Assembly (NCBI GenBank): GCA_039586575.1
Contig: JBDHKD010000003.1
Coordinates: forward strand, 92,451-156,450
Length of the DNA stretch: 64,000 nt
Direction of reading: 5' to 3'
From: Gemmatimonadota bacterium
GTDB taxonomy: Bacteria > Gemmatimonadota > Gemmatimonadetes > Palauibacterales > KS3-K002
How positions within the stretch are numbered: the stretch's first letter is position 1; each line of letters opens with the position of its first letter. The position numbers and the translations under genes are program-made. Below the pieces are notes generated by a model. It was not told the DNA's origin, made no database searches, and saw nothing but the letters and a program-made list of their open reading frames with translations. Of this stretch, positions 10,126-19,417 are shown one piece after another.

Positions 10126-10891
10126 TCGCTTGCGTGCTGCGCCCGGCGAGTCGCCGACGATCGACGACGGCGACGAGGAGGATCGAGATCTCATACAGCA
10201 CAATCAGTGGCACCATCATCATGACCATCGTGCCGACGTCGGCGGGTGTGAGGATCGCCGAGACCATCGAGACGGCGACGATCGCGTGGCGTCGTAATCT
10301 CCTGAGCGAACCGGCATCGATGAGGCCGAGTCCGGCCAGCAGCAGCGTGACGAGCGGCAGCTCGAAGATGACACCGAACGCAAGGATCAGACGGGTGGCG
10401 AAACGCAAGTACTCGCCGATCGTGATGATGGGTGAGAGCGCCTGCGTCTGAAAGCTGAGCAGGAAACGCAGCCCGAGCGGCAAGACCATAAAGTAGGCCA
10501 TGGCCACGCCGAGCAGGAAGAGGAGGAACCCGCCGGCGACCGCCGGGATGACGACTTTTTTCTCGTGCTCGAAGAGAGCGGGCGCCAGGAAGGCCCAGAC
10601 GTGATAGATGATCACGGGGGCCGCCAAGATGACTCCGACGACGAAGGCAAGTTTCAGGGTGACTGCCATCGGCTCGGTGGGGCTGGTGAAGAGCAGCTGC
10701 CCATCGGGCACGAGCGGAACGATGGGTCGCTTGAGCAGTCCGATGACATCGAACTCGGCCACGATGAAGAAGCCGGCCACCGAGAGTACCAGGACAGTCA
10801 GGCCCATCCAGATGAGGCGGGACCGCAACTCGTCGAGATGCTCGAGAAACGGCATCTCGCCGCTACCCTTCGTCCGCTTCGTCCGCTTCAC
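10115..10891 (-). CDS. tatC: Twin-arginine translocase subunit TatC
   Basis: MPFLEHLDELRSRL, FTSPTE, FGVIFELP, AILTPAD; six TM segments. Confidence 0.97.
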   Translation of the reverse strand: MKRTKRTKGSGEMPFLEHLDELRSRLIWMGLTVLVLSVAGFFIVAEFDVIGLLKRPIVPLVPDGQLLFTSPTEPMAVTLKLAFVVGVILAAPVIIYHVWAFLAPALFEHEKKVVIPAVAGGFLLFLLGVAMAYFMVLPLGLRFLLSFQTQALSPIITIGEYLRFATRLILAFGVIFELPLVTLLLAGLGLIDAGSLRRLRRHAIVAVSMVSAILTPADVGTMVMMMVPLIVLYEISILLVAVVDRRRLAGRSTQAIAD

Positions 10892-11424
10892 CGCTTGCCT
10901 TCCCTGTCCTTGCGCGCCTGCTCGTCGGAGAGCGCCGACTCGAGGAAGTCGAGCTGAGCCGCATCGTAGCCCTGGCGCTCGGCCAGCTCGCGGATGGTCT
11001 CGAGATATTCGTCCGGGTCCTGGAAGTTCGTGTAGACGGAGGCGAAGCGAACATAAGCGACCTGGTCCAGCTCGCGCAGGTGATCCATCACCCGCTCGCC
11101 GATCTGCCAGCTCTCGACCTCACCCGACTCGCTGCGCTCGAGGCTCTCGAGGATGGAATCGGCGATCTCCTCGATCTGCCGGAGTGTGACCGGCCGCTTC
11201 GTACAGGCGACCTGGATGCCGCGAATCAGCTTGGCGCGATCGAAAGCCTCGAAGCTTCCCTCCCGCTTCTTGACCGACAGCGGGCGGTCCTCGACCGATT
11301 CGTAGGTCGTGAATCGCTCGTTACAGCGCTCGCACTCGCGTCGGCGACGCACAGCCCGACCTTCGCGACTCGTCCGCGAGTCCACGACCCGGTTCTTGGT
11401 GTGACCGCAATATGGACAGCGCAT
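10888..11424 (-). CDS. nrdR: Transcriptional repressor NrdR
   Basis: MRCPYC..VVDSR..RRRRECERC..RFTTYE zinc ribbon, ATP cone, VAYVRFASVY. Confidence 0.97.
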   Translation of the reverse strand: MRCPYCGHTKNRVVDSRTSREGRAVRRRRECERCNERFTTYESVEDRPLSVKKREGSFEAFDRAKLIRGIQVACTKRPVTLRQIEEIADSILESLERSESGEVESWQIGERVMDHLRELDQVAYVRFASVYTNFQDPDEYLETIRELAERQGYDAAQLDFLESALSDEQARKDREGKR

Positions 11425-11467
11425 ATAAGGGAGGAGTGGGTTGCCCGGCGGCTCGCCGAGCAGGCCG

Positions 11468-12256
11468 CTAGCGGCAGCTCAGTCGCTGTGCCTGGTCGCG
11501 GGCCAGCCGGGACTCGTCGCTCCTCGGGTAACCAGCCGTTACACGTTGGAAGTACTCACAAGCCGTGTCTTTGTTTCCCTGGTCGACCTGGAGGAGTCCC
11601 GCTTTGTAGAGCGCCGTAGGCGCGGCTCTCGAGTTGGGGTACAGCTCAACGACGCGGTTATACTCGCGAATCGCCCGGCCAGCGTCGCCCTCTTCCCGGT
11701 AGGTCTCCGCAAGGTAGTACTGCGCGTCGGGGGCCAACTCGTCCGCCGGGTAGGCCACCAAGAAGTCCTGGAACCCGGCCCGCGCCGTCTCGATCGCCCC
11801 ACGACGTAACTGTTCGATAGCCGCTGCATACAGGGAGCGGGCGTCTCCACCACCCGCTCCCTGTTCCAACTCACGACCGGCCGGCAGGCTGCTGTCAGGC
11901 GCGGCGAACACATCACCGACGGCCTCGCGCTCTTCCTGCCGTTGCTCCATGCGCTCGCGCAGGCTGCGCAGCACGATCTGGCTCTGACCGAGCAGCTCCT
12001 GGATCTCCACGAGCTGGCGCTCCATGTCGTCGAGCTGGCGAAGCAGGTCGCCCCGCACGGTCACGACCAGCGCCCGTTGGTTCTCGAGCGCCTCGGAGAA
12101 GTACTGCTCGAGCTCAGCCACACCCTCGGCGATGCTGTCCTGCCGGGCGTTGACCTCCGCCAGATCGTAGCGGATCCGGTCGACGTCCTTTTTGGAGGCG
12201 CAGGCGGCCAAGCCCGCGGCCGCCAGGACGAGCCACGGCCTGACAGCGGCTTTCAT
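11468..12256 (-). CDS. cpoB: Tol-Pal protein CpoB/YbgF (lipoprotein: coiled coil plus TPR)
   Basis: LAAC lipobox, coiled coil, FQDFLVAYP..LAPDAQYYLAE; directly after pal. Confidence 0.88.
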   Translation of the reverse strand: MKAAVRPWLVLAAAGLAACASKKDVDRIRYDLAEVNARQDSIAEGVAELEQYFSEALENQRALVVTVRGDLLRQLDDMERQLVEIQELLGQSQIVLRSLRERMEQRQEEREAVGDVFAAPDSSLPAGRELEQGAGGGDARSLYAAAIEQLRRGAIETARAGFQDFLVAYPADELAPDAQYYLAETYREEGDAGRAIREYNRVVELYPNSRAAPTALYKAGLLQVDQGNKDTACEYFQRVTAGYPRSDESRLARDQAQRLSCR

Positions 12257-12273
12257 GGCGGACTGCTATCCTT

Positions 12274-12861
12274 CTAGTTGCCGAGCTGCCCGTGATTGCG
12301 GACCACGAACTCGGCTCGGCGGTTCTGTGCCCAGGCGTCCTCGTTGGAGGCGCGTGCCAGTGGGCGTTCCTCGCCGTAGCTGATCGTGCCGAAGCGGCTT
12401 TGGTCGATGCCGTAGCTCATCAAGTAGCGACGGACCGCTTCCGCACGCCGCTGACCCAGAGCGAGGTTGTACTCGTTGGAGCCGCGCTCGTCGCAGTGCC
12501 CCTCGACGTTCAGGGTAACGCCGGGGTACTCGCGGAGCACGGACACCTTGCGCTGCAGGACCTCTTCGGCATCGGGTCGGATGTCGGACTTATCGAAGTC
12601 GAAGTGGACACGCTCGGCGATGACCGAAAGCACGCGGCTGCGCTCAGCCTCACGGCGACGACGCTCTTCCTCTTCACGTCGGAGTCGTGCCTCCTCCTCC
12701 ATCCGGGCGCGCTCCGCCGCTTCATCCACGGTCGGCTCTTCGACCTGCGGTTCGGGCTCGGGCTCGGGCTCGGGTGGCGGATTGCCGCCGCAGGCGGCCA
12801 CCAGAACCACCAACGCCAACGTCCCCAGCCATCCCGTCGTCTTCTTCCAGGTGCTTGACAT
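12274..12861 (-). CDS. pal: Peptidoglycan-associated lipoprotein
   Basis: VAAC lipobox, (PE)n linker, OmpA-like VHFDFDKS..EGHCDERGSNEYNLALGQRRA..SYGEERP. AGGAG RBS 8 nt before ATG 12861. Confidence 0.96.
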   Translation of the reverse strand: MSSTWKKTTGWLGTLALVVLVAACGGNPPPEPEPEPEPQVEEPTVDEAAERARMEEEARLRREEEERRRREAERSRVLSVIAERVHFDFDKSDIRPDAEEVLQRKVSVLREYPGVTLNVEGHCDERGSNEYNLALGQRRAEAVRRYLMSYGIDQSRFGTISYGEERPLARASNEDAWAQNRRAEFVVRNHGQLGN

Positions 12862-12882
12862 TGCAACCACTCCTAACGGTTA

Positions 12883-14322
12883 TCACTCTCGGGGTCCGCC
12901 TGGGTCCCTACTGCCCGCCTCGGCCCCTACTGTGCTTAGAGAGGGTGAATCTAAGCGGGCGGACCAATCCGGCAAGCGGGCACCGTCTGCGCTCACCAGG
13001 CGCCGGATCCTACCGCTCACGACGTCGAGCACCCAGAGGCCGGCCACGCCGTCGCGCGTCGAGGCGAAGACGATATGGCGGCCGTCGGAGGCCCAGCTGG
13101 GGTCCTCATTGCGGCCGTGCTGGGTAAGCTGGCGTAGGCCGCGGCCATCGGGTGCCACGGTGAAGATCTGGGGTTCGTTGGCCACCCAGCCGTGGAAGGC
13201 TATGCGGTCGCCGGTGGGTGACCAGTCGGGCCCGGCATTATGGACGCTGCGGTCATAGATGTAGGGTGTGAGCAACTCCGCCGAGCCGTTTTCCAGGTCC
13301 TGAACGAAGATATGGAGCTGGCCCAGCCGGTCGGAGTTGAACGCGAAGCGCCGGCCGTCGGGCGCGAATGATGGCGAGAGCGAGTTTGCATAGCGTGCGA
13401 AGGTCGCGCGTTCCGGGCAGCAGCGTCGCACCAGATCGTAAGTATGCACCTCGGTTCGCCCGTCGATGGTTGCGGCGAACCCGAGCCGTGTTCCATCGGG
13501 CGAGTAGGTCGGGGTGAGGTCCATGCCCGGCAGGTCGACGGCGAGCCGTGAGCGGCCCGACTCGAGGTCGATCTCGTAGATCGCCGGGTCCTGGTTTTGG
13601 TAAGACATGTAGGCGATACGATCACTCGTGGGCGCCCAAGCCGGCGAGAGAGCGATCGAGCTGTCTCGCGAGACGCGCCGTGCATCGAAGCCGTCGCTGT
13701 CGACAACGTAGATCTCGGAGCCGCCGGGACCGCCGGCGACGAAGGCGACGCGGGTCGCGGCGATTCCCCGGCTACTCGTTGCCCAACCAACCACCTCGTC
13801 AGCGGCGCTGTGGACCGCCTGCCGGAAGTCGGGATGGCGAAGCGGTGGAAGCTCGAAGGCGCGGACCTCTTGCAGAATCCGGAACACGACATCGTGCAGC
13901 GACAGTCTCAGGACCGGCGCGTCGGGCGTCCCTTCCACAGCACCGACCACCAGCCAAACGGCGCCCAGCTCGTCCCAGAGGCCATAGTTGATGGGGCCCT
14001 CGACCGGAAGATCCTCGCCGACGGGCATGACCTGGAGGCGGTCGCTGTAGTCGAGGTCCCGGAGGATGATCCGCCGCACGCTATCGGCCAACTCCCTCAG
14101 CTCCGCGGGCGCCGGGATCAGCGGCATGACGGTTCCCGGGCGGAAGGAGGGCTGGTAGAGAATCCCCACACGCACATCGGTGGGGATGCTGTCGCGGGCG
14201 GGCACCTGCGCCGACGTCGACATCGGTGTCAGAGTCATGAGGGCGAGTACCAGCAGGGCTCGCCGAAAGGTGCATTGGCTACGTTTCGCCGTGTTGATCG
14301 TCGCCTTCGTCGTCATAGTCAT
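12883..14322 (-). CDS. tolB: TolB beta-propeller protein
   Basis: Signal peptide and PD40 repeats (SPAWAP, TPTYSPDG, SPSFAPDG, PDWSP, PSWASDG); tol-pal synteny. Confidence 0.92.
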   Translation of the reverse strand: MTMTTKATINTAKRSQCTFRRALLVLALMTLTPMSTSAQVPARDSIPTDVRVGILYQPSFRPGTVMPLIPAPAELRELADSVRRIILRDLDYSDRLQVMPVGEDLPVEGPINYGLWDELGAVWLVVGAVEGTPDAPVLRLSLHDVVFRILQEVRAFELPPLRHPDFRQAVHSAADEVVGWATSSRGIAATRVAFVAGGPGGSEIYVVDSDGFDARRVSRDSSIALSPAWAPTSDRIAYMSYQNQDPAIYEIDLESGRSRLAVDLPGMDLTPTYSPDGTRLGFAATIDGRTEVHTYDLVRRCCPERATFARYANSLSPSFAPDGRRFAFNSDRLGQLHIFVQDLENGSAELLTPYIYDRSVHNAGPDWSPTGDRIAFHGWVANEPQIFTVAPDGRGLRQLTQHGRNEDPSWASDGRHIVFASTRDGVAGLWVLDVVSGRIRRLVSADGARLPDWSARLDSPSLSTVGAEAGSRDPGGPRE

Positions 14323-14353
14323 CCTTGGCGGTTACGAACCAGCTCGCCCGCCT

Positions 14354-15070
14354 CTAGTACCTCGTCGGGTCGAAGAAGAAGGAAACCCGCAACTGGTCAG
14401 CGGGAAAGCCCTCGGGCAGCGCCCCGAATGCACCGCGCCGGCCGGCAGCCTCGATAGCACCGCGGGCCTCGAGGTCGAACGTCGGGTTGCCCGACCGTCG
14501 CACCCAGGCGAGGTCGACGACCGATCCGTCCCGCATGATGGTGAAGGCCAGTTCGGCCCGCAGTTGCTGGCCACCAGTGGGCGGCCGCCAGTGCCGTTTG
14601 ATCTGCAAGATAACGTTCGCCAAGTATTCCGGATAAGGAAACGGCGCCCCCTCGAGGCGCACCGGCAAGTCGGTTCCCTCCGGCGCCTGCTCCGGCGGTG
14701 CCGCCGCCCGTTCCTGGACGACGGGGTCCGCTTCCGGCTCGCCGGTTTCCGGCTCTTCATCGCGCGGCGCCGGCTCGGGCCGCGGCGGCGCCTGCGGCTC
14801 GGGCTGCCTCTCGACCGGGCGCGTCTCCGGCTCGCTGGGAGTCGTGCGGCGCCGCTCGGGCACGGGGATCGTCTGGACCGGCGCGGCGCGCGGCGCGGAC
14901 ACCAGCTCCACCTGATAGACCTGCGGCGGCTCGGGCAAATCGATGCGCGTGGCGCCCCAGATCATCAAGACCAGCGCCGCGGCGTGGAGGCTCATCGACC
15001 CGACGACCGCTCCGGGCGGCAGGCCATCGCCGACCCCACGCAACTCGCGGCGGACGATGAGCCGGGCCAT
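14354..15070 (-). CDS. TolA/TonB-family energy transducer
   Basis: N-terminal TM with SxxxH (SMSLH), Pro-rich linker, TonB_2-like C-domain (IKRHW..FTIMRDG..SGNPTFD); between tolR and tolB. Confidence 0.85.
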   Translation of the reverse strand: MARLIVRRELRGVGDGLPPGAVVGSMSLHAAALVLMIWGATRIDLPEPPQVYQVELVSAPRAAPVQTIPVPERRRTTPSEPETRPVERQPEPQAPPRPEPAPRDEEPETGEPEADPVVQERAAAPPEQAPEGTDLPVRLEGAPFPYPEYLANVILQIKRHWRPPTGGQQLRAELAFTIMRDGSVVDLAWVRRSGNPTFDLEARGAIEAAGRRGAFGALPEGFPADQLRVSFFFDPTRY

Positions 15071-15073
15071 CGC

Positions 15074-15502
15074 TCAGCGCCTCCGGCGGACCTCCGGCTC
15101 CGCCACCAGACCGACGCCGCTAATCCCGGCCGCCTTGGTTGCCGCGATCACTCTGAGCACGATCCCATAGCTCGCCCGCTCATCGCCCTGCACGTAGATG
15201 GGCGGCGAGCCCTTCTGGGTCCATACATCCTCGATCGCCGCTCGGTACTCCTCGTAGGTGACCTTCGCATCATCGATGTAGATGGCACCCTCGTGGTCGA
15301 TCGAGACCACGATCGCCTCCGTCGCCGGTAGCGGTGCCACCTCGGCTTGCGGCACGCGTATCTCGACGCCGCCCTGCAGTATCGGTGCGGTGATCATGAA
15401 TATCACCAGCAACGTGAAGGCGACATCAACCAGGTTGATCAGGTTGATGTCTGCCGTAAGCGGCAACGAGCGATCCTCGTAAAGCCCACCGTAGCGCGCC
15501 AT
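15074..15502 (-). CDS. tolR: TolR/ExbD
   Basis: INLINLVDVAFTLLVIFMITAP and IYVQGDERASYG. Confidence 0.9.
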   Translation of the reverse strand: MARYGGLYEDRSLPLTADINLINLVDVAFTLLVIFMITAPILQGGVEIRVPQAEVAPLPATEAIVVSIDHEGAIYIDDAKVTYEEYRAAIEDVWTQKGSPPIYVQGDERASYGIVLRVIAATKAAGISGVGLVAEPEVRRRR

Positions 15503-16170
15503 CAGATCTTGCCCTCCCTCGCCAACGCACCGATGAACTCGTTGGCGAACCCTTGCAGCTCACCAGCGAAGAGTCCCAGCCGGCTGGCGAAGTGGTTGTA
15601 GCCGATGACCGCCGGGATGGCCACGGCGAGTCCCGTCACCGTCGTGATCAGCGCCTCGGCGATCCCGGGAGCCACGGCTGTAATATTCGCCGTCCCCTGA
15701 GCGGAGATTCCCACGAACGCATCCATCACACCGACCACCGTGCCCATCAGGCCGAGTAGCGGGTCTCGCTCACCGACCTGCTCCTTCTCCATCACCAGGC
15801 GCAGTGTTTCGACCTGGGCGGCGGAGAGACCGCCGCCTGGGTCATTGCTTCGTGGCCGCAGACCCGAGAAGAAACTCATGCCGTGGCGGAACACGCGAAG
15901 GTAAGGCGAGTCAGGGAGTGCGATCACCGCCCTGTACGCCTCGTCGAGGTGCTGCGCCTTGGATACCTGACCGAGGAATTCCTGCTCGAGCAAGCGAACG
16001 CGCCGGAACTGGATCCACTTCCAGATGATCAGGATCCAGGAGGCGAGCGAGAACGCGAGCAGCACCGCGAGAATCACCCGCGTCGTGATGGTCGCGCCAG
16101 CGACCATGTCCCAGGCGTTGGCTGGGAGAGGTGCTTGCTGTGCCGCCGAGACCAGCGCCAGGCCGTTCAT
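15502..16170 (-). CDS. tolQ: TolQ/ExbB proton-channel protein, apparently lacking ~16 residues before/within TM2
   Basis: TM1, PLLGLMGTVVG and VAPGIAEALITT..GLAVAIPA motifs. GGGAGG RBS before ATG 16170; ATGA overlap with the upstream stop. Confidence 0.88.
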   Translation of the reverse strand: MNGLALVSAAQQAPLPANAWDMVAGATITTRVILAVLLAFSLASWILIIWKWIQFRRVRLLEQEFLGQVSKAQHLDEAYRAVIALPDSPYLRVFRHGMSFFSGLRPRSNDPGGGLSAAQVETLRLVMEKEQVGERDPLLGLMGTVVGVMDAFVGISAQGTANITAVAPGIAEALITTVTGLAVAIPAVIGYNHFASRLGLFAGELQGFANEFIGALAREGKI

Positions 16171-17123
16171 TTTCCCTCCCCGGCGATCCAGCGGTACGTC
16201 CGCTGCAAGCCATCCGATAGTGCCACCGCCGCCTCCCAACCGAGAGCTCTCAGCCGATCGCAGGCCAGGCTATTCCGCTGCAGCTCGCCGGGCCGCGCCG
16301 GCGCCCGCTCGACCGGCACCTGGCGGCCGGCGGCCTTCATCAGAGCGGCAGCGAGCTGGTTGACGCTGGTCTCAACGCCGGTGCCGACGTTGTAGGCGCG
16401 ATCGTCGATCTCCATGCCTGTCTCGAGTTCCACAGCGGAGACGACCATGTTGGCCTGCACGACGTCGCCGACGTAGACGTAGTCGCGCGTCTGTTCGCCG
16501 TCCCCGAACACGGTCAGCGGTGCTCCCTCGATGATGCGGTTGGAGAAGATCGCCACGACGCCGGCCTCGCCGTGCGGGTCCTGGCGCGGGCCGTAGACGT
16601 TCGAGTAGCGGAGTGCCGCGTATTCGAGGCCATGCAGCAGTCGATAGCACCGGAGGTAATACTCGCTTACCAGCTTGCCGACACCGTACGGCGACTCGGG
16701 CCGTTTCGCGGCGCTCTCCGCTATCGGCCGCTTCACGGCGTCGCCGTAAAGGACACCGCCGGACGAGATGAACACGAGTCTACGGGTCTTCCACTCGCGG
16801 GCCGCCTCCAGCAGGTTCAGCAAGCCGAGGACGTTGACCTCGGCATCGAAGCGCGGCTGCTGGACCGAGAGTCGGACGTCGATCTGAGCCGCGTGATGGT
16901 TGACCAGCTCGAAGCCGCCGTTGCGGTCGAAGACTTCGTGGATTTTCTCGTCGCGGACGTCGAGCTCTGCGAACTCGACACCTTCAGGCAGGTTCTCGCG
17001 CTTCCCGGACGACAGATTGTCTACGACCGTCACCGCCCAGCCGCGAGCCAGATATGCCTCGGCCACGTGCGACCCGATGAAGCCGGCGCCGCCGGTTACG
17101 AGTACGCTCTTATTCTTCGGCAC
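16167..17123 (-). CDS. NAD-dependent epimerase/dehydratase (UDP-glucose 4-epimerase-like SDR)
   Basis: VLVTGGAGFIGSH, HHAAQIDVR, SPYGVGK (YxxxK), YSNVYGPRQ, QTRDYVYV. GTG start at 17123. Confidence 0.9.
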   Translation of the reverse strand: MPKNKSVLVTGGAGFIGSHVAEAYLARGWAVTVVDNLSSGKRENLPEGVEFAELDVRDEKIHEVFDRNGGFELVNHHAAQIDVRLSVQQPRFDAEVNVLGLLNLLEAAREWKTRRLVFISSGGVLYGDAVKRPIAESAAKRPESPYGVGKLVSEYYLRCYRLLHGLEYAALRYSNVYGPRQDPHGEAGVVAIFSNRIIEGAPLTVFGDGEQTRDYVYVGDVVQANMVVSAVELETGMEIDDRAYNVGTGVETSVNQLAAALMKAAGRQVPVERAPARPGELQRNSLACDRLRALGWEAAVALSDGLQRTYRWIAGEGK

Positions 17124-18414
17124 TTTCCCCAGCCCCGTCCTCTTCCATGCCAAACAGATATCTAGCCGCTTCCAGCACGTCGTGCTCGCGTCCATCTTCC
17201 GCCGCGGCGCGCATACGTGCTGTCGGCTGGTGCAGTACTTTCTGCAGCAAATCGCGCGTGAGCCGTTCGACTCGTTCCAGGTCCGAGTCCGAAAGGTGAT
17301 CGAGCTGCGACATGACTCGCTGCACCTCGGATTGGCGCAGCGATTCAGCGCTCTCTCGCAGCTGCTTGATGAAAGGTACGGCCCTGAGACCCGAGTACCA
17401 GCGCCAGAACTTGTCGACCTCGTCATCGACGATGGCTTCAGCCTTCGGAACCTCGGCCTTCCGCCGTTCGTGGTTCGCCGTGACGATGTTCTGTAGGTCG
17501 TCGATGCTGTAAAGGAAGACGTTGGCCAACTCGCCGATCTCGGGCTCGACGTCGCGCGGGATCGCGATATCGACGATGAAGAGCGGCGACTTGAGCTTGC
17601 GCGGCATCCGGCGCCGGAACTCGTCCAGGGTGATCATCGCGTGTGGTGCCGCGGTCGAGGTAATGACGACGTCCATCCCTGGCAATCGCTCCCAGAAATC
17701 GGCGAAGGCGACGGCGGTCCCGCCGAACCGCTCGGCGACCTTCTGGGCGCGCATCATGTTGCGGCTGGCGACCATCACGCTCGTCACGCCCTCGTCGACC
17801 AGACATTCGAGAGTAAGCTCACCCATGTCACCGGCGCCGATCACCATGCCGCGCCGGCCACGCAAAGTGCCGAAAATCTTGCGGGCCAGCTCGACCGCGG
17901 CGGACGGTATGGAGGCCGCGCCCTCGGACAAGCGGGTCTCGTTCCGCACCCGGCCACCGACCGAGAGGGCGCTCTGGAACAGGCGGTTGAACACGGCACG
18001 CACCGCCTGGCGCTGGCCGGTCAAGCTGCGCGCCATCTCGTACGCTTCACGCACCTGGCCCTGGATCTGGACTTCGCCGAGCACCATGGAGTCGAGACCG
18101 GAGACGACCCTGAACAGATGCTTTACGGCGTCCGGGCCACGCCTGACGTAGAGGAAGCGCTCGGCGGGTTTGGGGAGCGAGCCCGCCTGATCGGCCAGCG
18201 TTTGAATGACGCGTTGGATCGCCAGTTCCGCCTCGCTGAGATGGAGATAGAACTCGGTGCGATTACAAGTGGAGATGAGAGCGACTTCGGAAACGCCTTT
18301 GCCTTCGAGGACATGGCTGAGCACGTCCGTCATCTCCGTCGCGGCGAAGGCGAACTTCTCCCGGATCTCGACCGGGGCCGTTCGATGGCTCAGCCCGACT
18401 ACAGCGAACGACAT
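17110..18414 (-). CDS. hemA: Glutamyl-tRNA reductase
   Basis: VGLSHRTAPVEIRE, STCNRTE, SGLDSMVLGE, GAGDMG, DIAIPRD. Confidence 0.97.
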   Translation of the reverse strand: MSFAVVGLSHRTAPVEIREKFAFAATEMTDVLSHVLEGKGVSEVALISTCNRTEFYLHLSEAELAIQRVIQTLADQAGSLPKPAERFLYVRRGPDAVKHLFRVVSGLDSMVLGEVQIQGQVREAYEMARSLTGQRQAVRAVFNRLFQSALSVGGRVRNETRLSEGAASIPSAAVELARKIFGTLRGRRGMVIGAGDMGELTLECLVDEGVTSVMVASRNMMRAQKVAERFGGTAVAFADFWERLPGMDVVITSTAAPHAMITLDEFRRRMPRKLKSPLFIVDIAIPRDVEPEIGELANVFLYSIDDLQNIVTANHERRKAEVPKAEAIVDDEVDKFWRWYSGLRAVPFIKQLRESAESLRQSEVQRVMSQLDHLSDSDLERVERLTRDLLQKVLHQPTARMRAAAEDGREHDVLEAARYLFGMEEDGAGESAEE

Positions 18415-18495
18415 ACCTCGACCTCGGGACCGGTTGCGACGGCCAGGTTTGTGATGACAGCTCCAGGGGTCCGGGTCACTTCGGTGCCGCCCTCC

Positions 18496-19311
18496 CTACA
18501 GGAAGAACTGCGTCTCCGGGACGATGATCTTAGCGACGAGATATGCCACAAATACCACGGCAAATCCCGCAACGTTCCACAGCGCCGCTTGCCGGGCGCT
18601 GCCCGCGCGGCTGAACCGGGCCCAGAGCGCCAGCAGCATGGCGAGCCAGGCCAACACACCCCACATCACCTTCGGGTCCTCCCAGCGGAACCCCCCCTCG
18701 AAGCGGATCGTCCAGGCCCAGCCCACCGCGATACCCAGCGTCATGGCGCAGAAGCCGGTGATCAGCGCCCACTCGGCCAGCTTGTCGAGCGTCCCGAGCG
18801 GTGGGAAGAACTCGAAGATGGCACCGATGTGCTTGTGCTTGAGCTGCCGCCACTGGAGCATGTACATCAAGGCGGCGGCGGCGGAGACGAGCCAGCCGGC
18901 GAAGCCGACGAAGGCGGCGGAGATATGGAAGACGAGCCAGGTGCCACGAAAGGCGAGCTCCGATCCTGTGGGCTCGATGCCGATGGCGAGGGCGATCAGC
19001 AGGAGGAGCGCCGCCACCGGCATCAGAAAGAGGCCCAGCGGTCGGGCGGCCGAGAAGTGACCGAGCCCGGCGATAGCGAGGGCGACGATGAGCGCGAGAC
19101 TGGCGAGCGACGGCCCCAAGCCGACGAGCGGCGGCTCGCCGTACCTGGTCCAGTAGAAGGCGACGCCGAGGACATGGGCCAGCACGCCGAGATAGACGAT
19201 GACTGCGACCACGGCGGTCGCCCCGGCGCGGGCCCGGGCAAACCGCAGCGTATATCTAACGGACGCGGCCAGATAGAGGGCCGCGGCGATGACATAAGCG
19301 ATTACATGCAT
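18496..19311 (-). CDS. ccsA: Cytochrome c biogenesis/heme-handling membrane protein (CcsA-like)
   Basis: Multi-TM protein with a conserved His (VFHI) and WWD-like GWAW..GFRWEDPK motif; upstream of hemA. Confidence 0.8.
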   Translation of the reverse strand: MHVIAYVIAAALYLAASVRYTLRFARARAGATAVVAVIVYLGVLAHVLGVAFYWTRYGEPPLVGLGPSLASLALIVALAIAGLGHFSAARPLGLFLMPVAALLLLIALAIGIEPTGSELAFRGTWLVFHISAAFVGFAGWLVSAAAALMYMLQWRQLKHKHIGAIFEFFPPLGTLDKLAEWALITGFCAMTLGIAVGWAWTIRFEGGFRWEDPKVMWGVLAWLAMLLALWARFSRAGSARQAALWNVAGFAVVFVAYLVAKIIVPETQFFL

Positions 19312-19340
19312 GCGAGTGGGAATATAAGAGGCGGCGGGTG

Positions 19341-19377
19341 AGAAACTAGGCCGGCCGGCTCAGAGAGCCGGCCGGTC
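19341..19377 (-). terminator. Probable intrinsic terminator after ssb-LysM
   Basis: 12-bp stem (10 bp perfect CCGGCCGGCT/AGCCGGCCGG) with a 5-nt loop, followed by TAGTTTCT on the minus strand. Confidence 0.6.
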
Positions 19378-19417
19378 GTCTGTCGCCGCGGAGGCGACCC
19401 GAGGGGGCTATATTATT

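Noticed and set aside
10867-10888. 9-nt tandem repeat (CTTCGTCCG) at the tatC start
   Set aside because: In frame, encodes KRTKRTK, only ~2.5 copies; no evidence for phase variation.
11425-11809. Strong SD-like AAGGGAGGAG before a plus-strand TTG ORF antisense to cpoB
   Set aside because: The ORF lies wholly opposite cpoB and has no protein-like features; the purine run is probably incidental.
12752-12775. (GGGCTC)n repeat in pal
   Set aside because: Encodes the ordinary Pro-Glu linker of Pal lipoproteins.
19312-19326. TATATT 9 nt upstream of the SD-less ccsA ATG (possible leaderless mRNA)
   Set aside because: No -35 or extended -10 support; cannot be called without TSS data.
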